Counted from the stretch's first letter, positions 42,601 to 53,910 are shown. The stretch is DNA of 64,000 nt from Vicinamibacteria bacterium (GCA_963763095.1 CAVXNR010000027.1:4878-68877), one strand, 5' to 3'. The notes: generated by a model from the letters alone, not told the origin. Translations and numbers: made by a program.

Positions 42601-43805
42601 TGACGGAGCCTCTGTGGGCCTGCAGCCAAGTGGGAGCGATTGTGGGCGAGAATGTTCTTATCCTCGGAGAAAGGGAAGCGAAGGCGATCCGACTCGAAGG
42701 CATCACGCCCCTCAAGCTCGGACCAATTGTGCAAGAGCGCGACGTCACGCGTGCCTGGCGGCGAGCATTGGTCGGCATGGACGAACGGTCCGACGACGCC
42801 AGGGTGGTGATCGACGACTTCGACGAAGGCCTCGACGACGCGGCTGCAATGGACCGCAAGCTCGTATTGCTGGACGAGCTGGTATCGGATCCGACGAGGA
42901 CGGTTATTCTGCTTTGCTCGGTGTCCATACGACGGTTGACTGACAGCCTGCGTCATTCTTCCCGCTCCATCAGAGTTGCCGGAGGGCGCCGCGCGTCAGT
43001 CGCAATCTCCACTGATTCCGGCGTGACGACCCTGGAACGTTGGACGCGGGTTCTCAAGGCCTTCGTGGTGATCGACCAGCGTCAGCAGCGCGCGGTGTGT
43101 CCGGTGGACCCGGTACAAGCGTCGGTCGCGACATCCGACCATGCCACGGAGCCGTTCCCAGTCCTGCCCGAGAAACCCCGCCGTGAGCAGTCCTGGTCGG
43201 GCCGCCTTGATGTTCTGCGGAAAGGGGCGGTGATCGCATTGCTCCAGTCGGAAGGCGCCTCGCATCCGTACGTCAGACGCGTATGCGAAGACTTGATGGG
43301 CTCTGATGCCGTCATGAACGGGCGCATGATTCGTCGGCAGGTGTTCGACGAACTCGCGGAACGAACGGCGCATTTCTACCGTGGATTGTGGGCATCCTGC
43401 TCGGAGGATGAGAAGGTCGTACTCGGCCATGTCGCGCAGCACGGGCTGGCGAACGCGTCGGTTCGTGGCGTCGTGAGGCGACTGCTCGGCCGTCGCATGC
43501 TGTTCAAAGATCCCGCCCTTCGCCCGATGAACGAGACCTTTCGCCGCTTCATTCTCACACGCGAATGCTCCGAGCAGGTCGCGGCGCTCGAGACCGCAAG
43601 CGGACCCAGCGCTTGGGATCGGCTTCGTGCGCCGCTCGCACTCGCCGTGGTGGGTGGCGCGATTTTTCTGTTCGCGACGCAAAAGGAGCTTTACAACGCC
43701 ATTCTTGGGGTAACGACCGCTGCGGCCGTATCAGTGCCAACCCTCATACGTGCCGTCGGTGCGCTGGTCGGTCGCCCGGCGGATGGGCAAGGCTCAAGAG
43801 CCTGA
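39620..43805 (+). CDS. Large Cache-domain membrane protein, split by one frameshift near 42285
   Basis: TM-extracellular-TM architecture; Cache-like RRDYF..SVWSWTTG..FVVIDHAGNVLFHSD; multi-TM block; ORF 42141-43805 continues in the adjacent frame. Confidence 0.75.
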
Positions 43806-43836
43806 ACGAAGGAAGACCGCCCCATCAGATCGATGG

Positions 43837-43956
43837 ATCGTCAAGTTCATCGAGGCGCGGTTCGCGAACGACTACCCGGACCTCGTGGAGTCGAACATCA
43901 CGCCGTGGAGGCGCGCAGTCGTGGGAAATCTCACGACTGCGTTCGACTTCAAGACC
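43837..43956 (+). pseudogene. Fragment of phosphocholine-specific phospholipase C (phosphoesterase family)
   Basis: IVKFIEARF...ESNITPWRRAVVGNLTTAFDF resembles the conserved NITPWRRAVCGDLTSAFDF motif. Confidence 0.7.
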
Positions 43957-44050
43957 AAGAGAGCGAAGGAGTGTCCACCGGCGCGCGCCGAGCGCGAAGG
44001 TGGACCTCACACTTGCTCCCCGCATCGAGACGTATTTCGGGACAGAGCGA

Positions 44051-45826
44051 CTAAGGTGCGGACCGGCGCATGTGGGTGATCGCGAGGGCGGAGTCCCACG
44101 CAAGGCGGCTTGCCGCCTCTCCGCGGCCCGTACGCACGCGATATGACGCCCATTTCACATATGTACCGTCCGCGCGCCGCGCGAGCACCGGCACGGCGCG
44201 CACGCGCACGCCGTCACGCGGAATCTCCTCGCCGGGGAACGTCAGCGGCGTCTGCGCGAGCGTCACGCCTGCAGGCAACAGGGGCACGCCATCGCGCAGT
44301 AGCGCACCTTTGCGCAGCGACACTTGACCCGCGCGCAGTGCGACCGGCACGAGCGGGATCCAGTGCGCTGGCACGCGCGACTGCAGGCGGTACACTCGCT
44401 CGTTCGGGTCGAGGCCGTCCGGCCATGGATCGGGCTCTGGCTGCGGCTCGCCTGCCCGGTCGCGCCGGTCCCCGCTACGCCCCTGCACGAATTGCTCGAT
44501 CGCCCACGCCATGTTCGCCTGCTCGTCACGCAGGAACAGCACCTCCTCGAACGCCTGGCCCGTCATCGTGCCCGCGGCAGTCGGCGGCAGTACGATCCCT
44601 GGGAGCAACCGGCCATTGCCGGCGGCGACCTTGAACATCGTGAATTGCGCATCCTCCAGTTCGGTCATCGACACCGTCTCACCGAAGTCGTCGGTGAACT
44701 CGACGGCGACGACGCGGTTGAGCGCGCCGAGCAATCCGTCGACTGGCGCGACCAGCCAGTCATCGCCGGACGTCATCGCAAACTCAGCGAGTGCGAGCCG
44801 CGCGAGGTCGTGTGGCTGCGCTTCGATCGCCCCGAGGTCGACGTCGCCGTCCTCGAGCTGCCAATACCGGTCGGCCGGCATCGCTGGGTAGCGCAGCGGC
44901 GTCGCGAGCATCGTCGCGACCGTCTCGACCGGCGTGCCACTGGGCGCGCCATCTGGAAGGGGTCCGCCTGCGCCCTCCACCCACTCGAGGTCACTCCACC
45001 GCACCTCCGCGGCGCCGAACTGCGTGCCGCGTGCAACGACGGCATTCTGCTCATCCCCGAACCGCAGCGCGAAGCGGTACTCGAGCCGCTCGGTCGACCA
45101 CGCGCCGCCCGATTCCGGCGCGCCGATGAGCCATGCGAGCCACTCGGCGAGCGCCGCGCGCACTGGCCCTGGATCATCCGCCCCCGTCACCCAATCGGGT
45201 TCGGCTGGCGCAAGACTCGCGGCTTCTTCGGCGATCGCGACACCGTCCGGCACCACGCCGGCGAGCACCGCGAGCAGACGAGGCGCCTGCGGGTCGAGCG
45301 CCGCTTCCTCCGCGCTCACCGCCGGCGCGAGCGCGAGCGGATACCGGGTCGCGAGCCCCGCTGCGAGCTGAACCGCACCAGCATCCATCAACAGATCCAC
45401 GAGCTGCTGGCCCGCCTCGGCGCGCTGCCGCAACCCTTTTCCGAATGCGAGGCGCGGCACGTCCTGCACCAGCTCCTCGAGGATCGCTCCCGAATGCCAC
45501 GGTCGCCACTCGACCGCGTCGATACGGTTGACGGTCGCATCGTCGAGCGGCGCCCAGCCCGTCACCGGCACCGCCTGCGAACGTACGCGCACCGATACGA
45601 CCGAGCCGGCGTCGTCGCCGATCAACTCGCCGAACTGCCACTGCCGGCCGAGCATCCACGCGGGATCGGCGACGCGCGCCTCGGTTCCCGGCTTCGGGTC
45701 GCCCGTCGTCGAGTCAGGCTCGAGCCGCACCATCGCGGGCGGATCGACGATCTTCAGCTTTCCGGCGATCGACTGAACCAGGGCGTCGTCGATCGCGGAC
45801 GTGACGAGCTTGATCGGCTCGGCCAT
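44051..45826 (-). CDS. Uncharacterised protein D of four-gene operon (591 aa)
   Basis: Start MAEPIK at 45826 overlaps the upstream stop (TGATG) with GGAGG RBS; the ORF-track extension to 46309 is overlap artefact. Confidence 0.85.
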   Translation of the reverse strand: MAEPIKLVTSAIDDALVQSIAGKLKIVDPPAMVRLEPDSTTGDPKPGTEARVADPAWMLGRQWQFGELIGDDAGSVVSVRVRSQAVPVTGWAPLDDATVNRIDAVEWRPWHSGAILEELVQDVPRLAFGKGLRQRAEAGQQLVDLLMDAGAVQLAAGLATRYPLALAPAVSAEEAALDPQAPRLLAVLAGVVPDGVAIAEEAASLAPAEPDWVTGADDPGPVRAALAEWLAWLIGAPESGGAWSTERLEYRFALRFGDEQNAVVARGTQFGAAEVRWSDLEWVEGAGGPLPDGAPSGTPVETVATMLATPLRYPAMPADRYWQLEDGDVDLGAIEAQPHDLARLALAEFAMTSGDDWLVAPVDGLLGALNRVVAVEFTDDFGETVSMTELEDAQFTMFKVAAGNGRLLPGIVLPPTAAGTMTGQAFEEVLFLRDEQANMAWAIEQFVQGRSGDRRDRAGEPQPEPDPWPDGLDPNERVYRLQSRVPAHWIPLVPVALRAGQVSLRKGALLRDGVPLLPAGVTLAQTPLTFPGEEIPRDGVRVRAVPVLARRADGTYVKWASYRVRTGRGEAASRLAWDSALAITHMRRSAP

Positions 45827-48800
45827 CACTTCACCTCCGAGAGGAACGGGACGAGCTTCGGATCCCACCGGACTTGCGCAAGGTCCGCGAACGAGAATCC
45901 CCTGCGCGCCTGCAGCCAAGGGCTCGCGACGTAGATCGCGGGCAGGATCGCGGCGTCGCCCGGGACCCGCTCGAGCGTCACCATGCGTGCCTTTGCAAGC
46001 TCGATCGCCTCGATCACGGTCTGCACGACCGAGTCGGTCGTCCACCGCTTGCCGTCGGGCGAGACCGCCGAAAGCACGACCTGCGGAGCGCGCGCCGACG
46101 CTTGGTTCGCGTGCACCGCGAGCCCAGTCGTCGCACGCGCATTGCGGAGCGGGTTCTCGAGCGCCTCGGGCTCGAGCGCCCTGCGGTCCGGCTGGAACGG
46201 CACCGCCTCGACCCATGCATCGATCGCGAGCCCCGCGAACGGTCCTTCGATGTTGGCGACGTCGTCGGGCAGCTCGACGACGAGGTGCGCGGCCGTCGAG
46301 TCGGGCCACGGCACGTCATCGGGCAGTGGTCCGGCCAGCCAGCGGTCGGTGCCGGGGGCCGGGGTGCCGCCGTCGCGCTCCGTGAGCTGCACGACGGAGA
46401 GCCGCACCGGACGTCCCAGCGCGCCACCGAGCAGCTGCGCCTCCGAGAACAGGGCAACGCCATCGAGCACGGTCGCGTGGTCGCGCACGAATGCGTTGAC
46501 CTTTGCCCGCGGTGGCTGGGCGAATGCGGGTTGGCGCACGGCCTGCGCAAACACATCGGGCCCGTCGCCGACCTCTGCGCCGCCGCCCGCCTCGAGCCGC
46601 ACGAGGAGCGGCAGCATCCGGAACCCGTCGCCCAGCAACGTGTCGGCGACGCGCTGGCACTCGTCGACTATCTGCCCGGGTCCGGGTGGTGCGGCGGGTG
46701 CGACGCGTGGCGCCCGCAACGCGGCGAGCGTCGCTCGCGCCTGGTCGAGTCTCGCGGATGCCGCGTGCCACGCGCCCCACGCCCACGCGACGTTCCCAAC
46801 GGCCTTCGGATCCGTCTCCGGCGCCAGCCGCACCCCGAACGCCGCGAGCGGAGCCACGGCCGCCGCTATGGTGGTGGCGTCGGCCGGCTCCACGGCGAGC
46901 GTCGCGGGATCGAGCTCGCGGATGACATCCGCTCCAGCATCGAGCGCCGTCTGGAACGCCCCTACGAGCCCGTCAACGCGCGCGAGCAGCTCGTCGGTAT
47001 CGACCGTCCGTTGCGGCGCGGCACCCGGACGCACGAGCGACGCCGGCGAGATGGATGTGCCCCTCGCGATGAGTGTACGCAGCGTGCGCGCGAGCACAGC
47101 CACCTCCAGGAAGGGCTGGGCGCCGGCCGGCCATGCACTGCCCCGCGCCGCCGCGAGCGGCGCATCGCCGACCGCGGGAATCGCCGCGCGTAGCTCCCGC
47201 TCCAGCGTCGCGGCGTCGGCGGCGAACACGATGTCGAGCGCCGCGAGCCCGGCCTCCGCGATGGTGTGCCGCGTGCCTTCGACCTCCGCGACCACGATCG
47301 ATGCCGGGTCGCCGAGGCGGCGGGCCGCCCATGCTTCGAGCCGCGGCTCGGCGACCGCGCGCGGACGCGTCTGCGACCAGCCCAGCCCATTGGCGGGAAT
47401 GACGGCGAAGACGCCGTGCGAGAGCCGCTTCGTCGGCTGTCGCACGTCCAGCACGTCGAGCTCTGGATCGACGCCCGCGCCGCTGCCCATCGCGTTCATC
47501 GCCGCGGACGCGCGAGCCGCGTTGCCCGAGGCATACTGCAGCACGGACTCGCTCAGCAGCGCATCGGCGACCACGTCGAGCGTCGCCGCGGCACCCTCGA
47601 TACCGGCGACGATAGCCGTCCATTCGCCATCCGTCATCGCCGGCCACTGCTCGACGAAGAGATTTTGCGGCCGCGCCGCCAGCTTCGGGCGGAGCGGCGG
47701 GTTCGGCACGTGCAACGATGCTACGGGGAAGAGGCGCAAGAGCGCGAGTCCGTCGACGACGTCCGCGACGGCCGCACGCGCCTGCGCACGGGCCGCGTCG
47801 CCATCGACCGCTGCGAGCTCGTTGCCGAGTTCATCGGTCGCCATGGGCGCGAGCTGGCGCAGGCTGAGTTGGAAACGCGCCGCCGAGGTGCCAGCGATCG
47901 CGCGCTCGATCTGGTAGCCGAGCAGCGCACCGATCGACTGGCCCGCGTGCACGCCCTCGAGCACGCGCCGCAACTCGGCGCCCCGTCGGCTCGACAGATC
48001 GATCGCGAACGGATGACTGCCTTGTTGAGCGCCAATGTTCGACCGGTGCGCGCTCGCGAGCACGCCTGCGGTCACGGCATGGGCCGTGCTCGGCGCGTGT
48101 ATCCATCCGTCGAGCTCACGCCGCATCGGCGAGAGCCGTACATCCTCGACGTACCCGAAGGCACCGAGCGTCATTCCCGTCGGATTCGAGGCCGCGAGGG
48201 TCGCGCGACGGGACGACGCGAGCCCCGTCGCCCATGCGTCTACCCTGTGCGACGCGATGTCGAGCGCGTGCGCGACCGCGAGCCGGCGTTCCGAGATAGG
48301 CGCCGCGCCGAGCGCGACCATCGCCGCGCGCACCTCGGCCCGTACGCCGAACCATTCGAGCAGTCCGGAGATCGCCTGCGAGCCGACCCACTTGGCCTGC
48401 ACGGTGTCGCCGAGGTCGAGTGCGACCTGCGCGAGCGACGTCTGCGCCTCCGCCACAGGCTCGATCGAGGCGATCGAGAGCTGCTCGATCGGTTGTCTGT
48501 CGAAGTGCTGCACGGCGCGAACGGTCTCGGCAGCCGCGAAGAAACGGGTCGAGCGGGCGACGTCAGCGGTGTCGGGCCGCTCGGCTGCGTCGCGAACGAG
48601 CTGCACGACCTCGGGACTGAGCTCGAGCAGTTCGAGAAGTGGCGGGACGAACTGCTCCGGCGCGACGCGGAACCGCTTGCGCTTCACGTCGTCCCATGCG
48701 AGGTCGAGCAGCGCCTGCAGTACGCTGTCCACCTTGGGCTCCTCGTCGGCGAGGATCGCCGCGATGACCTCGGGGTCGCGCTGCGAGACGAGTGGCAGGT

Positions 48801-50454
48801 TGATCGTGCGTGTTTCGTCGTGCAGAGACGCAGGCAGGAGGAACCGCGCGGCATCCACCGAGTACTGCGAGAGCACCGCCTGCTTGACGAGCATGTCTGC
48901 CTCGACGACGGCGCGCGAGGCGCCCGTCGCGGCCGCGAACGCCGAGACGTTCGGTCCGTCGACGGCGGGCCGGGCACGCAAGCCGATTCCGATCGGGCTC
49001 GTGCCGAGCAACTCGATGAGCGCTTCGTCGGTGATCGAATCGCCAGGCCGCACGCGCGGCAGCGAGCTCGCGCGCTCCATCCAGCGCGCGACCGTGCGCC
49101 GAATGAGGGGCACGAGCGGCGCCGTTGTGTCGCGCGAGCGCGGCGCCCACGCGTCGAGGTCGCTCACGGGAAGAATGCCGTAGGGCTGCGCACCGACGCG
49201 GATGACCGGCGCCGGGCCGGCACCGCGCACGTGGTCGCGATGCAGTCGACGCGCCGATTCGATCGTCGCGGGCGTCACCCCCGCCACCTCGGCATCGGCG
49301 ACGCGCTGCAGCACCGGCTCCCACGTCGCGAACCAGAGCGCCGTGTTTGAGGCCTGCTGGGTGGTCTCGAGCGTGGGGCGCGCATCGGCTGGGTCGAGCA
49401 GGCGCTCGACCGCGGCGGGGTCGAGGCCGATCATGGAGGCGAGGCGCGCGAGATCCGCCGACGGCTCGCCCGTGTCTAGCGGTGGCGCGGCAGGCGTAGC
49501 CGAGACCTTGTACGGCGAGCGCTCGGCCTCGGCGTTGTTCGTCGGCGTGCCCTGTGCGAGCAGGCCAAAGCCGTCGTTGTAGCGGTGGCTCAGCAGCAGG
49601 TCGGCGAGGTCGGCGGCGTTCTCCGACTCGGAGACGCTGCCGCGCACGCCCACGACCACGATCCGGTCGAGCACCTGCGTGCCCGCAGGTAGCGGCACCT
49701 CGATGCCGAGCCCCGCCTGCTTCGCCTTGGCGAAGTCGACGGTCCACTCGGCCCCTGCCGGTACAGTGAGTCCATTGCCGGCCGCGACGAGATCATCGAG
49801 GCTGGACAGTGCGATGGGCGAGATCGGGATGTCTCGTGCGAGCGTCGCACCGCGCACGGTGATCGGCGCGCTGCCACGCGGAAACACACGCACGATGAAC
49901 CGGTCGGGCAGGCATCGCGCGACCGTGCCACGGGTGACCTCTTCTGGTGTCTCGGGGAACGCGGGCGAGCTCCCCGGCGCCGTGCGTTCGGCGAGGTTCG
50001 ATGGCGTCGTGGCCTGCGCGACCCAGCCGGCGCGCCGGGCGCCGACCGCCACGACGAGGTCGCCCCACGCGGCTGGCGCTGCGGCATCGGTCCACAGCGT
50101 CGTCCAGTACGCGCGCCCGGCGGCTTGCTCCTCCGGCGTGATCGCGCGCACGAGCGCATCGAGATGCAGCTCGTCCGGCGTGACGCGCACGCGCAACGTC
50201 GACGTGCCGGGCGCGAGCTTCGTCTCGACGCGCACGGGCAGCAGCACGAGCGGCACCTCGGGGGAGGCGTCGCAGGGGTCGATGCGGTCGCGCAGGCTCT
50301 CGAGCACCTCGGCGATGTTCGCGTCGAGGCGGCCGAGGTCGGAGAATCGCACACGCTCGTGAGTGGATGACGCGATGAGCCTGCGTCGCCCATCGGCGAG
50401 CGCGGCGACGCGTTCGCGTGCAGCGGCGATATCGGCCGGGACGTCGATCGGCAT
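45826..50454 (-). CDS. Uncharacterised protein C of four-gene operon (1542 aa)
   Basis: Uninterrupted ORF, AGGAG RBS, start 2 nt after the gene B stop. Confidence 0.9.
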   Translation of the reverse strand: MPIDVPADIAAARERVAALADGRRRLIASSTHERVRFSDLGRLDANIAEVLESLRDRIDPCDASPEVPLVLLPVRVETKLAPGTSTLRVRVTPDELHLDALVRAITPEEQAAGRAYWTTLWTDAAAPAAWGDLVVAVGARRAGWVAQATTPSNLAERTAPGSSPAFPETPEEVTRGTVARCLPDRFIVRVFPRGSAPITVRGATLARDIPISPIALSSLDDLVAAGNGLTVPAGAEWTVDFAKAKQAGLGIEVPLPAGTQVLDRIVVVGVRGSVSESENAADLADLLLSHRYNDGFGLLAQGTPTNNAEAERSPYKVSATPAAPPLDTGEPSADLARLASMIGLDPAAVERLLDPADARPTLETTQQASNTALWFATWEPVLQRVADAEVAGVTPATIESARRLHRDHVRGAGPAPVIRVGAQPYGILPVSDLDAWAPRSRDTTAPLVPLIRRTVARWMERASSLPRVRPGDSITDEALIELLGTSPIGIGLRARPAVDGPNVSAFAAATGASRAVVEADMLVKQAVLSQYSVDAARFLLPASLHDETRTINLPLVSQRDPEVIAAILADEEPKVDSVLQALLDLAWDDVKRKRFRVAPEQFVPPLLELLELSPEVVQLVRDAAERPDTADVARSTRFFAAAETVRAVQHFDRQPIEQLSIASIEPVAEAQTSLAQVALDLGDTVQAKWVGSQAISGLLEWFGVRAEVRAAMVALGAAPISERRLAVAHALDIASHRVDAWATGLASSRRATLAASNPTGMTLGAFGYVEDVRLSPMRRELDGWIHAPSTAHAVTAGVLASAHRSNIGAQQGSHPFAIDLSSRRGAELRRVLEGVHAGQSIGALLGYQIERAIAGTSAARFQLSLRQLAPMATDELGNELAAVDGDAARAQARAAVADVVDGLALLRLFPVASLHVPNPPLRPKLAARPQNLFVEQWPAMTDGEWTAIVAGIEGAAATLDVVADALLSESVLQYASGNAARASAAMNAMGSGAGVDPELDVLDVRQPTKRLSHGVFAVIPANGLGWSQTRPRAVAEPRLEAWAARRLGDPASIVVAEVEGTRHTIAEAGLAALDIVFAADAATLERELRAAIPAVGDAPLAAARGSAWPAGAQPFLEVAVLARTLRTLIARGTSISPASLVRPGAAPQRTVDTDELLARVDGLVGAFQTALDAGADVIRELDPATLAVEPADATTIAAAVAPLAAFGVRLAPETDPKAVGNVAWAWGAWHAASARLDQARATLAALRAPRVAPAAPPGPGQIVDECQRVADTLLGDGFRMLPLLVRLEAGGGAEVGDGPDVFAQAVRQPAFAQPPRAKVNAFVRDHATVLDGVALFSEAQLLGGALGRPVRLSVVQLTERDGGTPAPGTDRWLAGPLPDDVPWPDSTAAHLVVELPDDVANIEGPFAGLAIDAWVEAVPFQPDRRALEPEALENPLRNARATTGLAVHANQASARAPQVVLSAVSPDGKRWTTDSVVQTVIEAIELAKARMVTLERVPGDAAILPAIYVASPWLQARRGFSFADLAQVRWDPKLVPFLSEVK

Positions 50455-50456
50455 GG

Positions 50457-53400
50457 CTAATCTCTCCTGACGATGAGGTCTGTCGCCTCGAACGCGACGC
50501 GGGTCGGATGGTGCAGCTGGGCGTGGGCGAAGGCGGCGGCGTCAGGCTGGTTCACGCTGAGGTGGTCGGGCGAGTTCGGCGACGCCTGCGCGCCGCCGGG
50601 CAGCTCGAAGCGAGTCGCGCTCGGGTGCTCTGCGATGACGATCCACCAGCCAGGACCATCGAGCTCCTCGACGGAGAGATCGACGCCGATGAGGGCGATG
50701 TCGGGTTCGAGGTGCTCGGCGAAGAGCACGGGCGCCGTTTCCTGTGGCTGCCCGGGCGCCTCGAAGATCGGCTGTTGCGGCGTGCCGTGGTTGCGGATTG
50801 CCTGGATGATGAGGTCGGGGAAGCGTCTGACGAGCTCACTCTTCACGACGATGACGGCCCGACCGAGCCGCGCGGCGGCACCGCCGCCACCACCGTCCGG
50901 TGGCGTGCCGCCGATGGCCACGTGCGTGCCGAGCGGCGTCCTGCGGAACGCGTGGATTGGCTGCGTGAGCTCGTCGCGCCGCGGGCTCCAGAAGCGGTGG
51001 AAGTACGTGCCGCGCCGATCGGTGGGGTAGCCGCGCCACAGCAGCTCATGGCCGAACTCGTCGCTCAGGCCCACGAGGAACGCCTCCATGAACTCGTCGT
51101 TCGTCGAGAGCACGGTCACGAAGTCGCTATCGGGGAGCAGGCTCAGTCCGGTACGAGCCACTCGCGATCGTACTCGTCGAGGGCGCGGTACATCGGCCGG
51201 TCGAAGCGCGGCGCCGCCATGATCGGCTCGATGAAGAACTTGATCCTCCACTTGGCGGAGAGCTCGGGCGAGAGCTGCAGTCTCCAGTCGAGCGCCTTCC
51301 GCACGGTCGTCCTCGGGTCGAGCGCCGTCGAGAGTTGCGCCGAGGTGATCGACAGGATCTCGCGCCGCGGCACGGGTGCAATCGTGAGCAGCCGACCGGG
51401 ATCGGCGAGCTGCGTCATCCCCTGGCGGAGCTGCTCGAGCGACAAGCTGGCCGCCGATTCGAGCGTAGGGCTCAGCCGCGTCGGCGCGAGCGCTGCAAGC
51501 TTTCGAAGGGCGTCCGTCCTCAACCGAACATCTGGCGTGTCCCCGATTCTCGTCAGCCCGCCGACGTCGATCGCAGTGAGGCGGCTCTCACGGTCGAGGT
51601 TGAGGCGGCCGGGCCGATCGACAACGCCGCCGTCGGTCGGCCTGGTCGGCCGATCAACGGTCGGGCGACCGGGCTCGATCGGCCGAATCACGCCCCCGCC
51701 CTCAATCGGCCGAATCACGCCCCCGCCCTCAATCGGCCGAATCACGCCCCCGCCCTCAATCGGCCGAATCACGCCGCCGCCCTCGATCGGCCGAACGACG
51801 CCCCCGCCGAGTCGCTCGATGAGCCGGTCGTTGATGCCCGCCGCCGCGTCTTGCAGTTTCGGCGCGACGGTCGCACCGGCGGCTGGCCTCGCGAGCGCCA
51901 GGTCCGCCATCAGCGGTCCGACGCGCTGCGCCCGCACTTCCTCGAGCGCGGGAATCGCCGCCGGCCGTAGCAGCCGCGTACCCCAGCGCTGCGCCATCGC
52001 CCGGCCGACGTCGAACGAGAGGTCGATCTCCGACCACCGCTCAGGTTGCGTCAGATGGGTCGCGAGCCCGCCGCGGTCGAGCGTCGAAACCGCGGACTCG
52101 AGCTTCGACATCACGACACCGGGCTCGAGATCCAGAGCGCTGGCGACGAGCGTCATGTCGAACAGCTTCAGCACGTCGGCGGAAAGACCGGACACACCTT
52201 GCGGATTGCGGTAGACGCGCGTGAAGTCGCGCAGGCCGTCGCCCCTGCCGACGAGCGCGCTGGCGCGGCGTCGCGACGCATCATCCGCTCGCCGCACCAT
52301 CGGACTACGCGGCCGCGTGACGCGACGGTACGCTCCGAGCTTGACGGTCGACGGGGTCGCGCTCGCGTCGATCGCGGCGGAGAGCGTGGTGCCGGCCGTG
52401 AGCGAGATGCGCGATGCGAGCGGCGCGGTCAGCTGCACGAGCCGGCCGAGGTCGAGGGCGCTCACGCGCGCATGCAGGCGCGTGGCCAGCTGTTCGGCGA
52501 GCTGCGCGAGTGCGATCGCACGGTTCGCCTTCTGCACCTCGCCGAGCTGCGCCCATGCCGACTGCATGAGCGGCTCCTGGTCCTTCTGCACGACGCGCGT
52601 GCCGAGGCCCGCGACGATGCGGCTGGTCGGGTTCAGGTTGAGCTGCGCGAACCAGTCGTCGTCCTCGGTGCCCCCGATCACGGCGGCGCCGCGGTGCAGC
52701 TTCGCGTAAATGCGCGGACCGACGATCGGCAGGTCGGGCACCGTGCTGGCCGCCCCGCCGACCGGCGCCGCGGCCTTCTCGATCACGCCGGGGCGGTCGA
52801 GCTCAGCGCGCAGGTCGTCGGTGAGCGAGCCGGGCCAGCGTGCGTTCTCGGCGACGGCCTGCTCGCGCGACGGTGATGTCGGCGAGAAGAGCGCACATCG
52901 CAGCACCTGCTTCGCTCCCGGTTCGTTCGCCGCCAGCGCGCGCAGCGGCTTGCCCGGGACTGACGCGTCGATGAAGCGACGGCCGACCTCATAGGGGGCG
53001 ACGACGCCTTGCAATCGCAGCGCGAGCTCCTTGAAGTCGCCGTCAGGTCCGGTCGCGAACTCCCAGCTATCGTAGACGGGCAGCCGCACCGGGTCGTCCG
53101 AGCCGGGCCCCCACGCGCCATCGAGAGTACCGCCGGTGAGACCGAGCCCGCCGCGCGCGCCCACGTCGGTCGTCGGCACGACGGCCGCGAGATAAGCGGT
53201 GCGGTCGCGCAGCACCCGTGGCGAGACGAGCCGGGAGAGGTTGACGGGCGCGTGCGCGGGCGAGAGCCGCACTTCGAGCGGCTTGTCCGCGTCGGTGTTG
53301 CGTGAGGCCTGTGCATGCGCCCACAGATCCGACTGCGCGAGCGGCGGGAGCTGATCGAGCGGCACGCGCAGCACGGGCAGCAGGGTGCCGGCTGCGGCGG

Positions 53401-53908
53401 GCTCCCACTCGACGAGGACACGCGGCACGACGATGAGCGCGAGCCACGGCTTGATCGGCTGTCCCGGCTGCGGCGCGGGACTGAACGCCCAGGGCAGCTC
53501 GGGCCGGTCGAATTCGATGTGGGCGAGCACCGTCTCCTCGGCCCTGGTGGTGCCGGGCGTCGGGTAGCGGCGGATGATCTGCGCGCGATCGAGGCCGCGT
53601 ACGTCGCCGGGCCCGTAGAGCGTCACGGTGAGCGAGGCGGACGAGGCGCCGCCCGAGCTGTCCGCGAGCGGCACGGTGATCGTCGAGCTGGACCGCACAC
53701 TGCCGGCCGCAGGCGGGGCCGCTGCGGCGCGGAGACCCCCGAGGGCGGATGACGCGAACTCGAGCTTCTCGAGGGCGACTTCGCTCTCGATGTACTCGTC
53801 TTCGGGCGCGAGGGCGAGCTTCCACGCGTCACGCACGACCTTCGTGCCCGTGATCGTGGTCGCGAGCGGGGCGACGACGCCTTTCACCGCGGTTTCAATG
53901 TCGGCCAT
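50457..53908 (-). CDS. Uncharacterised protein B of four-gene operon (~1150 aa; one frameshift near 51148)
   Basis: Start MADIETAV at 53908 after GAGGAG; EWLVP continues as GLSLLPDSD...ELLWRGYPTDRRGTYFHRFW in ORF 50457-51251 if one base is restored. Confidence 0.82.
51674..51808 (-). repeat. Five tandem 27-bp coding repeats (GGGV[I/V]RPIE) inside gene B
   Basis: Unit ctcaatcggccgaatcacgcccccgcc repeated at 51674, 51701, 51728, 51755, 51782 with few substitutions. Confidence 0.95.
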
Positions 53909-53910
53909 GA

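Noticed and set aside
51674-51808. Possible CRISPR array
   Set aside because: The 27-bp units are contiguous with no spacers, in frame within a CDS, and no cas genes are present
44324-52214. Long plus-strand ORFs (e.g. 44324-45934, 45983-47917, 47266-49350, 50418-52214)
   Set aside because: Antisense shadows of GC-rich genes with Arg/Ala/Ser-biased, motif-free translations
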